A stretch of 64,000 bases of DNA from Phoronis australis (lineage: Eukaryota; Animalia; Phoronida): NCBI GenBank assembly GCA_002633005.1, contig NMRA01000188.1, positions 596,377 through 660,376 of the forward strand, in the 5' to 3' direction. Positions 27,930 to 41,100 of this stretch are shown here, in pieces (position 1 is the first letter of the stretch; each line of letters opens with the position of its first letter). A model generated the notes under the pieces. That model made no database searches, had not been told where the DNA came from, and saw nothing but the letters and a program-made list of their open reading frames with translations. Both the position numbers and the translations under genes were made by a program.

Positions 27930-29072
27930 GGTGATACTTACCAGCTTATACAAGGATTCCTCCTGGTCAGCCGCACTATAGCCAACCCTGAAATAGTCAC
28001 AGTAAGTTTGTTAGTAAGCCCCAAAAGCCAACAGTCAGAATGCTGATAAACAAGGACACAGTACAGTGCATGCCAAAAGTATTGAGACAAAATGACCCAG
28101 AATTATCTTATCCCACTGAGCAGACGCCAAATTCATTGGTCAGAATGTTTTCCCTTGTGGCCTAAAACAAAGAGGAAACAGGATAGTTAGTAAGTTACCC
28201 AAGTCATTCTGTAATATGACTTTGCCCAGATGATTGCTATTACCAGTCATTTTGCTGATAACCAAATTAGCCATCATGACATGGGAGTGGTATTGTGTCT
28301 GATTACTTGTTTCTAGTGCTCAAGTTCCCCATTATGTATGACAAGCAGCACTACAGTGACTTGCTGTTGCTTACCAATATACAACCTCAACTAAGGTACA
28401 TACGTTCAGTGTAAATGGGAATCACTATAGGGGTTTCATAATTTTCAAGTTCCCTACTTTGCAAACAGTCTGTTCACTAAAAACAACATTTATTACATTA
28501 CAGGCTCAAAAAGCATCGATTAATTGATTAAAAGCCTTGTATTACAATTTTACCATGTTATAATAAAATAGAATTGTGCAACATAATCACCTAGACATTT
28601 TGTTCCTCAAATGTAATTACTGCAGGTTCACTTAATAATTAAAACAATTCACTAACCCACTATCTCCCTTGCCCAAGTACTGCACTTGCACTAGTTGATT
28701 GACAAGTCGTGGCTCCACCTCCGTGGTCATGTGACTAGCAGCTTGAGTAACCTTCTTGTTAGAGTCACTTAGCTGTAACAATCAATTGGCTTTTATAGCA
28801 TTTCCACCACTACAAACNAACCACAAAGCAGCAAAGGCAAAAAAACAGCTAGAGTTCACATTAGCAGAAAATTAGGAGAAAATGTGTGATGCATCTTGGT
28901 CAAGATTTTACTAAGATTAAGCCCAAACCGAGAAATGCTCTAATAAAAAAGAAATGGAAAACTGGACGAAGTTTTGCGAGTGTCGAAAATTTGTTGAATT
29001 TTCACGTTGTCTAGCTTGTTTTGAAAAAATGTCATTTTCAATATTGTGCCTGTAACAAGAGGTATTCCAATA

Positions 29073-29111
<39 letters not shown>

Positions 29112-32100
29112 GGTGATACTTACCAGCTTATACAAGGATTCCTCCTGGTCAGCCGCACTATAGCCAACCCTGAAATAGTCACAGTAAGTTTGTTAGTAAG
29201 CCCCAAAAGCCAACAGTCAGAATGCTGATAAACAAGGACACAGTACAGTGCATGCCAAAAGTATTGAGACAAAATGACCCAGAATTATCTTATCCCACTG
29301 AGCAGACGCCAAATTCATTGGTCAGAATGTTTTCCCTTGTGGCCTAAAACAAAGAGGAAACAGGATAGTTAGTAAGTTACCCAAGTCATTCTGTAATATG
29401 ACTTTGCCCAGATGATTGCTATTACCAGTCATTTTGCTGATAACCAAATTAGCCATCATGACATGGGAGTGGTATTGTGTCTGATTACTTGTTTCTAGTG
29501 CTCAAGTTCCCCATTATGTATGACAAGCAGCACTACAGTGACTTGCTGTTGCTTACCAATATACAACCTCAACTAAGGTACATACGTTCAGTGTAAATGG
29601 GAATCACTATAGGGGTTTCGTAATTTTCAAGTTCCCTACTTTGCAAACAGTCTGTTCACTAAAAACAACATTTATTACATTACAGGCTCAAAAAGCATCG
29701 ATTAATTGATTAAAGGCCTCGTATTACAATTTTACCATGTTATAATAATAAAATAGAATTGTGCAACATAATCACCTAGACATTTTGTTCCTCAAATGTA
29801 ATTACTGCAGGTTCACTTAATAATTAAAACAATTCACAAACCCATTATCTCCCTTGCCCAAGTACTGCACTTGCACTAGTTGATTGACAAATCGTGGCTC
29901 CACCTCCGTGGTCATGTGACTGGCAGCTTGAGTTACCTTCTTGTTAGAGTCACTTAGCTGTAACAATCAATTGGCTTTTATAGCATTTCCACCAGACAGT
30001 ACAAACACCATTTCAATTTAAAGTGCTTGTAAACAAAATTTTAAAGCGTGTTATAAGCTAAACCTCTGGCTACAAACTCGTGGCTATAAGCCCACGTTTC
30101 CTAAAAGAAACTATCTATTTGATTTAGACCACTTACTGCTGAAGTAAAGCTTATCTCAAATTGTTCCTAACTCATACGAGATGTCTGTGGTTTCCTGGGA
30201 TGAAAAATCTGACTGGCATTATTGCATGAGAGCATAGTCAGTGCATACAACTGCCGTGGCATGTCAAATTGTAAAGTTCTCTCCAAACCCTAAACCTAAA
30301 ATAACCTCAAAAATTTGAGACCAATGCCGTAATGGTAAATAGTACAAAACAAAAATTCATTTTTGGCATGATCATACACAGGTAATTTTACATAAAATTC
30401 ATTTACTTGGTGTTTCTTGACAAAAAATACTCAAATTCAAATGAAATACCCCCAGGTTTCAGCAAATGTTGGTAAGAAATTATTAACTGAACTGTCAACC
30501 ATATTAGGTTCTCTCACCTTCTTTGTCTGCCACTTCTCCTGAGTGGTCACAGCGGCCGTTTTAGGCCTGTGGCCCGCATGAGTGCCCCCTTGTGTTCGCA
30601 GCGACTGTATCTGCTTCAGTTTCTTGACGTACGTATGACCTCCAAATCGTGTTGGCGACCATCGGCTGCACGTAAAAGTAGAAATGGAGGTCAGTGACAC
30701 TATCCTATGTTAGCTAAATACGCACGCGGCATCATCTTTGCAAACAATTTTTAGTTCATGTTTTAGGGAACAAAATATACTGAGTTTTTAATATGGCAAG
30801 ATAGTGTTCCCAATTATACAGTCAAGTTAAGACCATCGACCAAATGGCATTCAATGATTGCTTCACCAAGTAAATTCACCAACACAAATTTCATTCATTC
30901 CAGGTTGAAATATGAGACTTCAGCCTGTCTTAGCATTGTGTGCTCCTTTAGGATTGGCTGTAACAGTATATAGTAATCTGTTAAGTTAATAAATGCATAT
31001 GCAAATGAGTTAGTACTAACAGAAACTTATTTACTTTTTCTCCAAATAGAGTCATGTACAAAGAGCTGTGGAATAACTGTAAAAACCCAGCCTACAGCAC
31101 AATGTGTTCCAGATGAAATGGACGAACTAAAATTTTGGAAATTTCATGAAAAGGGCTGAAAGTTCAAAGGTGTCGCTTTACTAGATTTGTATTTTATTCT
31201 TACAATATTGTCCAGAGAGAGAACTGGTTTGGGTTCCATATGCGACACAGACACAAACAGCATGGCGTCTAACCTGAACGAAGTGACAGAAATTTCACAG
31301 CTAAAATTGCCTCTGAAACAAAGAGCATGATATTCTGAACCACATGTTGAGCACTTTAGCAACCTAAAATTGTCTTACCAGTAAACAGTTGCATAGCTAC
31401 AGAATTTCAAACAAAACAAGAAAATTTCGTGTCAGTTTCATACTTATTGTGGGTAGACTCGGGCGAAATTTGTCCTCGCCAGTCAACGGCTTGTAGCAGC
31501 GACGAAACAGAAGTGTCACCCTCTGTTAGTTCTTTCTGGAAGTGAACTGAGTAGGAGGAGTGTTCTGGAGGTCGAAGGTTAAGCACCGGACCAGACTCCA
31601 GTGAGTGACGAGGGGTGTGACTGAAAAGAATTAACAAACAACTGTGAGCAATTAAAATAAAATATTAAAATAGCAAAATAGCCAACCTGTCACATAAAAA
31701 TGTTGAATGAGGGAGAAAGGGGGTTCAGACTAGCAGATAGACAAGTGTAAAAATGTTGTCGCAAAAAACAAAATTCAACAGTTTTAAAATTCATTGCTAA
31801 ATTTGTACTTGAAACGATGATGGAGCATTGCTTGAAAATAATAGGAGTTAATTTTTACCACATCAGCCAACAAAAGCAATGGAGCTTAAATCAAGACAGT
31901 GTGCACTTTTGGAGCAGGGGATTGCAAAAAGTGTAAGGCTTTCACATTTCTCATGAAAATGGTGATAATTGTAAATAGTGCCTAAGTTGGAGATGATTTA
32001 TCCAGTGACAGGGAGAAGAGTTTTGTGAAAGTCTCAAAGCAATAAATCTATATGTGACATACTCCCAATAGCAATAAATCTATATGTGACATACTCCCAA

Positions 32101-35100
32101 TAGCAATAAATCTATATGTGACATACTCCCAATAGCAATAAATCTATATGTGACATACTCCCAATAGCAATAAATCTATATGTGACATACTCCCAATAGC
32201 AATAAATCTATATGTGACATACTCCCAATAGCAATAAATCTATATGTGACATACTCCCAATAGCAATAAATCTATATGTGACATACTCCCAATAGCAATA
32301 AATCTATATGTGACATACTCCCAATAGCAATAAATCTATATGTGACATACTCCCAATAGCAATAAATCTATATGTGACATACTCCCAATAGCAATAAATC
32401 TATATGTGACATACTCCCAATAGCAATAAATCTATATGTGACATACTCCCAATAGCAATAAATCTATATGTGACATACTCCCAATAGCAATAAATCTATA
32501 TGTGACATACTCCCAATAGCAATAAATCTATATGTGACATACTCCCAATAGCAATAAATCTATATGTGACATACTCCCAATAGCAATAAATCTATATGTG
32601 ACATACTCCCAATAGCAATAAATCTATATGTGACATACTCCCAATAGCAATAAATCTATATGTGACATACTCCCAATAGCAATAAATCTATATGTGACAT
32701 ACTCCCAATAGCAATAAATCTATATGTGACATACTCCCAATAGCAATAAATCTATATGTGACATACTCCCAATAGCAATAAATCTATATGTGACATACTC
32801 CCAATAGCAATAAATCTATATGTGACATACTCCCAATAGCAATAAATCTATATGTGACATACTCCCAATAGCAATAAATCTATATGTGACATACTCCCAA
32901 TAGCAATAAATCTATATGTGACATACTCCCAATAGCAATAAATCTATATGTGACATACTCCCAATAGCAATAAATCTATATGTGACATACTCCCAATAGC
33001 AATAAATCTATATGTGACATACTCCCAATAGCAATAAATCTATATGTGACATACTCCCAATAGCAATAAATCTATATGTGACATACTCCCAATAGCAATA
33101 AATCTATATGTGACATACTCCCAATAGCAATAAATCTATATGTGACATACTCCCAATAGCAATAAATCTATATGTGACATACTCCCAATAGCAATAAATC
33201 TATATGTGACATACTCCCAATAGCAATAAATCTATATGTGACATACTCCCAATAGCAATAAATCTATATGTGACATACTCCCAATAGCAATAAATCTATA
33301 TGTGACATACTCCCAATAGCAATAAATCTATATGTGACATACTCCCAATAGCAATAAATCTATATGTGACATACTCCCAATAGCAATAAATCTATATGTG
33401 ACATACTCCCAATAGCAATAAATCTATATGTGACATACTCCCAANTAAAAATGGCCACTAGGTGGCGCAAACTATGTCGAATCCATCCGAAAACGGCAGG
33501 ATAGCGTCATCTCACTACTAGGTGCCTACATACCAAATTTCATGAAAATCCGTTCAGGACTTTTGAAGATACAAAGGTAAGCGTAAAAAACTAAAATTGC
33601 CACTAGGGGGCACACCGGTAGTCGGATCCGTCCGAAAGTTCGCACATGCCGTCCCATTCATGAATGGAACATATGTGCCAAATTTCATGAACATATGTCA
33701 AAGGGTTTTGGAGATAGAGCAGCGGACGCCGGACGCCATACGCCGGACGGACGCCGCCCGGACGGACGGACGGACGGACGGACGGAGATGACGGCATAAT
33801 GCGTCCACATATAAATATGTGGGCGCATAATAAAAATGATGACGTACATTTGAGGCACATGAAAAACATAAAGAGTCATTTCAAAATGTACACCCAAAGG
33901 ATATCTGTCTATTACAGGATTATGTTGAATAATTAGAATGCAGACTCACCTTGGAGTGTTTGTAGTTTGTCGTTTGAGCGTGACTGGAGCGGTTTGGGGA
34001 CGTGATATGCTGGGGACTGAAGCCGACGCATACTTGTACCCCGGAAGGGGTCTACTGCCCATCTACATAATTCAGAACAGCAAAACATTAGTTCTGAGAT
34101 CACTAATTGTAAAGAATAAAGTATATAACTAATTCTGTTTCACAAACGAATGATAACGCTAAACCGATTGTTTTCGATTTCAGAAAGTCTTTTCTACAAG
34201 AACCTGCATCAAAAAACTGAATGCTTATATATCTAATTTATATTATTTTCTTAGACTAGTACTGACAATGTGGCACTGTTTGTCAAGAGGAACACATTAA
34301 ACACAATGTAAGACAGCTCTGAAATATCCTTGGTTTGGTCAGAAAAAGACTATGAAATGAACAATTATAGAGAAACACACAATAAAGGACATGGAAAACA
34401 GTGGTATTTAACATGCCAGTGCTAAATCTTATTCACATAATCGCCATGGATACTCACCTTTTCCTTCCTGGATACCATGGTATTTGAGACATCATCCACC
34501 ATGTTCAGAACTGTGTTCAATTTGACAGTTTTCTGAGCAGGTGACTCCGTTCTATGAAGAACAGAACCCACAATGAGTCAAGATCACACATTACAACCAC
34601 AACGAAATTTCACCAATGTCCGATAAAAACATCATCAAAATTGTCAGTTTTTTATTTTTGCAATGGATCTCTACAACATTGTAAATAGACACAAACAGCC
34701 AGCCTTGAAGAATTCTATAACCTTATTATTATCAATGGGCACAACTGACAATTACTAGTGAGACTACTCATCTTTTTGGGCTTAGACGGGGTAGCTAATC
34801 TGCATATTTGCTTAGAATATTGCCAACAGTAGTGAATCGTGGGTGTCGCTCACAGACAATAGGTCTTTTGAAATCAGCTTACAAAGTAAGTGAAAGTTTT
34901 TTTGTGAACCCTGCTCTTAGTCATACAACTGTCCCAGTTGGACTGTCTAACTAAACACTTAACAAAGAGTTTATGGTATTGGCTAGATCATAATTGTTTT
35001 ATTACCCGTTTGGATTATGAATAGCACAGCCCAGAAAGACATGTACAGAGAAAAGCTACCATTTCCATGTTAGTTCTACAGTTGAAACTTCCTGTAGCCT

Positions 35101-38100
35101 GCTAGGAAGTCAAAATTACAACAAAATAACCTTTCAATTTAGTATGCAGGAAGAAGTCGAGTAAAATCAAGACACTTTTGGACTATATCAGAGAATCAGT
35201 GATATCAAGATGACTTCGAATTTACAGAGTGTGATTATTTGGGCTATATTCTTCCTTTATTAAATGATTTTAAAAGTCAGTTTGAGTAACTGGGTTGAGC
35301 AACCCAAAAAGCTCTGTACCACACCAACAGTCAAAGGTTTGGACTTTTGCGTGGCCATCGTACAAGAAAATCCTATATCCCTCGCAGAAAATCAAACCTA
35401 TCAAACATACCTATCCATCGCAAAACTAACTTGACGGCCACCAGGTGGTGCTGACTTTGGCTTTAATTTCTGACTCGCGAATGGTTGACGTCTCTCCAGG
35501 GGATAGTAATTCTCTGCTGTTTTGTAGAATCTCTCTAATGACTGAGCAATTATCAAACTCCTGGAACGTCTGTCATGCTCTGAAATGGAACGTTCTACTG
35601 TAACTACCCTAACAGGAAAGATCACACAAAACCCAGACCTACATGTTTAAAGACATTGGGCAACCTTTACTGAACCATGATGGAGTAATCAAAATGCTTC
35701 ATCCTTTGTTTGTTCAATTGAAGACCCCCAGTTATGAGCCTGGATCCACACCACGGACATACCAAAGCTTTTTAAGACCAGCCATTGGTGAATTTCCCAC
35801 TATCCCAGAAAACTTGATCAAGAACCAATGATTGGATTAACATGATAAAGAATACAAAAATACAAAGAAAAAATAATTGAAGAATACAGTGTGGCCTAGT
35901 GGGATAAGTGTCCGTTTGGTTTACTCAAGGTTCAGGTGCCACAGTGGTACACTGCTAGACCCTACCTCCTCAGCTTTGTTTCACGTACATGTCAATAAAG
36001 CATAAACATGGTTATAGGTGATCAGTGCAATGGGCCAACCTGAGCGACCTGCACATGTCTGGTATATCGTGTACCAGACTATACCACAGCAGTGACTCAT
36101 ATTGCCTTCAAAAATGACCGTCAAGAGTTCATTAATGTCTCCACAACAAACCTAGACTCAACCACATGTCTGCTCCACGAAAATCGACGAAACATAAGTC
36201 AGGAATTAAATCTTGTGCTCAACACAATTATTCGCGAAACTAATTAAATCATGCGTGTGAAGCAAAAATACAAAGTCTCTAAGAACATTACGCACAACTG
36301 CTAGTTACTGACAAGAGAGTGATTCGCTCATCATCAACTACTTGGCTAAACCTTTTTTAGCAATTGCAAGGCCAAGTCCTAAGAAATTTTCATGAAATAG
36401 GTCCCACGCTTACCACTGATACTAGACTTCGCTTTATTTTGTGACGCTGATGACGGGAGGTTATCCTCCGGAGTTTCACCACTTTCGTGAGCAGAATATC
36501 TGACGTCATACGGCGTGCCGCTGCGACCACACAGCTGCAGGCTACCTGGTAGAGACAAGAGAAACTAGTGAACGTGAGATACCAAAAATCCATAGATATC
36601 ATAGGACACGATAAAATTTAAGTTAACTTTGTTGCCTGATGATTGGGGCACAGTTTTGTAGTTTCAAACAAGTGCAAAATAAATGTTTTATAAAATTCCG
36701 CAGCTTATATATTCAGCTGATTTCCACTAAATATGACAAAAGGACTTAGGATTTTTTTTGTCTACATAGTACGATCTTGAGATTGCAAAACAGCATATTA
36801 AATAATTTAGTATGTGCTTCAAATTATACATAGCAACCTTCCATCCAGTTTATGTGGTTCGACACGTGCTACTTTTTAACAGCTAGAACCTTTTCAGTTG
36901 TGGAGCATGCGTATGACATCTGACATACTGCTTCATCAGACATAGTGAGATGTATTGTATATTACTTCATACAATAACTAGGAAATATCAAATCCAGAGT
37001 AATGCAAAATGCAGTAAGAAGGCAAATGATAAATCATGCGAGAGTTGCAGTGCATCAGTCCATCTCTCTCACTTCATAACTAACACGAGGACATGCGAGA
37101 GAACTTGGCAAGGGGGTAAGTAAACCCACAAAAAGGAGAGTGATTATTTCCTGCTATCACTGATAACAAAAATAGTAATTTCAACAAAATTTAAGAAATA
37201 TTTCCCAGCATCTAACGTAAATAAAATGTAGAATTGAATGTGCGTTAAAACTATAAATAATGCATGGCTTTCTGTGCGAAGAGGCGACGGGCATGTGACA
37301 GTACCCTGTGTTAAAAATAGGAAGGGGAATAAATGGGTATCACCTGTGAATGTTATCTGGTCTGCTGGGGAACAGGTTAAAGTCTATTGTCAACATAGAA
37401 TGTTATTTATTATCCAGGTGTTTTCAACAATGCTCACATTTGGAGAACTGGCTTAAGGGTTGGGATGAGGCAATAAACAATGTGGTATCAATGCTCTGTA
37501 ACTCTGTGAGGGATATATTACCACAGTATGTGTCCCTTCTATACGCACAGAACTATCACGGGGCTGGTTCAGTAGTATTCTGAGCACAAAAAGGATAAAG
37601 ATTGCTTGATTAGCTGTTAGATACATGGGTGTCTCCACGTGCATGGGCAGGGAAGTTTAGGTACCTTGAAATGGGAAGGACAAAAACTTGCTTAACTGTA
37701 AGATATAACTAATTAGATTCCACTGTATTTCCACAATGGAGTAAACAAATACTGCGGAACTATCCTATTCAGATCTCAAAAAACTAATGACTAAGCTCTG
37801 GCAGACAAATGTTCAACAAAAAAGTGCGCTACAAATGATCTACTTACGCTTAGACACCTAAAACAGAGTAAATCACCGGGTCAAAGACATCACCTACACA
37901 ATAACTTAATACAAACATTATTGAAATTGAAGCATAATCCAAGAAATCTTGATATTCAAGATGTGTGAAACTTGAGTTTCCAGACTTTACATACAATTAA
38001 CAATCACAGTATAGCACTTTACGGGCAGATGACGACAACTTAACCCATTACTTTTCTATGGTTCACTTTATCAAATGATTTTAAGTAATCAATAAAAGGC

Positions 38101-41100
38101 AGCACATATCAACCAGCCTACCTAGCACACCCTGTTGTCGCTTTTGTTCTTCCTGATAATTTTTCCACTCAGCAAGTTTTTCTTGCCTACTCTCTAAAGC
38201 CGTCTTCGGTCTTCGCTTTGAAGTTGGCGAGATAGGATTTGCACCTAAATCAAAAATACCTAACATGTTCACAACATCCCAGATTTAGCCTCAGCGTGAC
38301 AGTTGTTTATCAGCTCTTAAGCAGGGATAACACAGAGGTCAATGGAAGGACTCCTTCTCAATCAAACAACAAAAGAATACAAGATCAATCTTCAACTCCA
38401 ATAGTGCCTTGATACAGCAGGTTTGTACATTACATAACTGCTCTGTCCTGTTTGTATACAACACAGGAGAAAATGATATATTGCCAATCATCCATCACTG
38501 CTGAGCTGATGTACTACAAATGTATCCTGAAGTCAGTGAAAGAAGGTGATCTTACAAGTGCAAATCTCACAACAACAACTTTTTCCTTTTGCAATTTAGG
38601 CTTTTTTGAAAGGACGCCATCAAGCAGATCTATACGACAATTCTGTTTTCTTTACAATTCTCAATTTATTTATAAAGCATTTTATTGTAACTGAGATGAC
38701 AATACAATACTTTGAATTGTAACAAGAATATTAATAACAATAACAATGAAATTAACAGGTTAAATAATTATCTGAATTTTAATAGAATTAATACTTTAAG
38801 TCTGCTTTTATCCGAAATGTAGATAATTTTTTTCTCTTATTTATTTTCATCATGCCTTTCTAAACCTAAATAGTTAATCTCTACTTACAATGCACCAAAG
38901 CTGTTATGTTACTCCTTTCATTCACATGATAACTGTATACTTAAAACACTTCAAACAACATTTCAAATATTCAAAAAAGCGACAAAATGACATGCTAAGA
39001 GTAGCAATAACAGTCATGTCAATCAAGCAAACATTTCAACTTATTTTATCTAAAATTCAAAAAGACCTGAAGAATTTTAAGAAACCCATGTGACCACAGG
39101 ATAAACGTAATATGAAGTTATTGTCAATGGCGAGACAAAAATCTAACCCCAATTCACAGCACCACTAGCAGATATTCACCTGGCACGTCTATTTGTATCT
39201 TGACAGGCGATGCCGACCGTGACTCTGGCAAATTCAAATCATTGTTGCTGTCTGGTAACGCCTCCTGTTGGTCGTCGTAGCTGCCCATCTGCAAGTGAGG
39301 GTTAATCAGACTCCGCAGAGGATGAATGGCATTCTCAGGGAAACTGGGCTCATCCTCTGATTTGACTACGGCTCTCTAAAAAGACGACCAATAACAAAGG
39401 TGAGAGAAAACAAAAGGATATCAGAAATATCATAAACTAAATAAAATCGAGCACAGCAAGAAGTTGAGAATGTCTTTATATCAGTCAAGGGCACATGGCA
39501 GAAAAAATGGGATGGATGCCACAGCCATGAGCATAGTTCCTCACTAGACGTGATCAATTGAGATCCCTGAATCACAAAGCTGTGCGCAGACTCACACACA
39601 CAGCTCATTGACCAGCAAACACGATACTGGACAGAAACACTCTTTACGCACCAAAAAACAGTTCCCAACTCACAATCTCATGCCTGGGTTTAGATACACA
39701 ATGTCCACATTTCATGTTAGGCAGTCAGTGAGTCGGGAGTTGTGCTTTTGGCTGTGTAAACCATGTTTTGTGAGTCTGATGCCATGATAGGTGATCAGAG
39801 AGCCATGTTTTGGAATCTACGAACTGAATTAAGGATATCTCAAACCTTATTCACAAAAACTGCGTGGAAATTTATTTACTACTTCTCCGAGGTCAAGGGT
39901 TACAAGACTGTTACTCAAATCGAATCTCCCGCCAGTTAGCCATAGAGCAGTTCCGTATGTAACCTCAGTTCTTTCATTCACCATGTTGCCATGATATCGA
40001 GTCAACAAGGTGTACATAGGATAGAAAGAAGGCAGTGAAAACAAGGACAAAACACACTTTTGATTCTGTGAGGAACTTGTGGGTCTGCATGCATACGACC
40101 GTTGAGAACGAATGAACTAAGTCCAAGTTACGGCACCAGCCTCTGTGAATTTGTGTTCACGAACACAGCAAGTTGAGGAAAGAGATAAATCCTTGACCAC
40201 ATTCAATAATTTGATCGGTAATTTGACATTTTGCTGTTTCGATTTCATGCTCATGACGCGCTTTAAACACCAACACCATTTGTGTTGTCCATTTCATACT
40301 TGGTTTTGTATCAGTCTCTCGGAGCGTGGTGTGTATAATAATGAACTGTTTACCAACTTTCAAGAATGTCAACAGTTGACCCCACCTTGCTCTAGCTGGA
40401 CTCTATCACAAGGCACAAAATTGAAGCGTTTTAGTGATAATTAAGTTAATTATGCACAACAAATTCAGTTGACATTGCAAATGGATGTTGAAATAGTGAA
40501 CATGGTTAAGTGACATGTATAAGTTATATTGACCAAAAATAAGTTTTCACAAAAATTAAGCAATAACCGTCAAATTTTGAAGATTCGAAACGTTTTCTGT
40601 TTTTTCTCTAGCTGCAGTAAATCGACTTAATTTCAACTTAGGAACATGGGATCCCAAAAACAGCTTGGTGAACTTAAAACTGAAACTTTCCAATTTTAAA
40701 ATTCATTCATCCATGTCAAAAACAGAATTTTCTTTTAAAACACTTATTTTTGCTACCGAAAGATAGATGAATACAGCTGAAATTATTTTACAAATTTAAA
40801 ATACCTTAATTTGGCATAGAAACAAAACTAAATAAGAAATCGAAAATTCCTTACAGAATTTTTGAGGTAAATTGTGAATTTTCCATATAAAAAGGGTTTC
40901 ATTACAATTGACCAACGGGTTATTTTTTTATGGTTGTACCTTTCTTAAAGATGGAATTTTGACTTAGAAAAGATGTTAACATAATAATAATAATGGCACA
41001 TCAATATAAAACACATTTATTTTTTAAATTTCTGATCTTTTTATTTTCAGAAAATGAAGTTGACATAACTGTTTTTTATTAAATGAGTTAAAATGAAGGT

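Larger units (their letters stand above)
27637..30006. repeat. Near-identical ~1.18-kb tandem duplication (27637-28817 / 28819-~30006) separated by N
   Basis: Offset 1182; identical ORFs in the track (27735/28917, 27864/29046); N at 28818; each copy contains a (CA)n microsatellite. Confidence 0.9.

Noticed and set aside
29295-29342. Possible extra exon (ATRENILTNEFGVCS) after a good TTTTAG acceptor
   Set aside because: No donor gives the phase needed to join the next exon, and the model is complete without it. It cannot be fully excluded as an alternative exon.
32038-33444. CRISPR-like appearance of the 32-bp repeat array
   Set aside because: Units are directly adjacent with no unique spacers, there are no cas genes, and the context is a eukaryotic intron.
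35889-35960. tRNA A-box-like GTGGCCTAGTGG
   Set aside because: No B-box or cloverleaf; at most a decayed SINE head.
36447-36485. CTGATGA followed by a hairpin (hammerhead-like)
   Set aside because: There is no GAAA after the stem, and the site is the antisense strand of coding exon 8.
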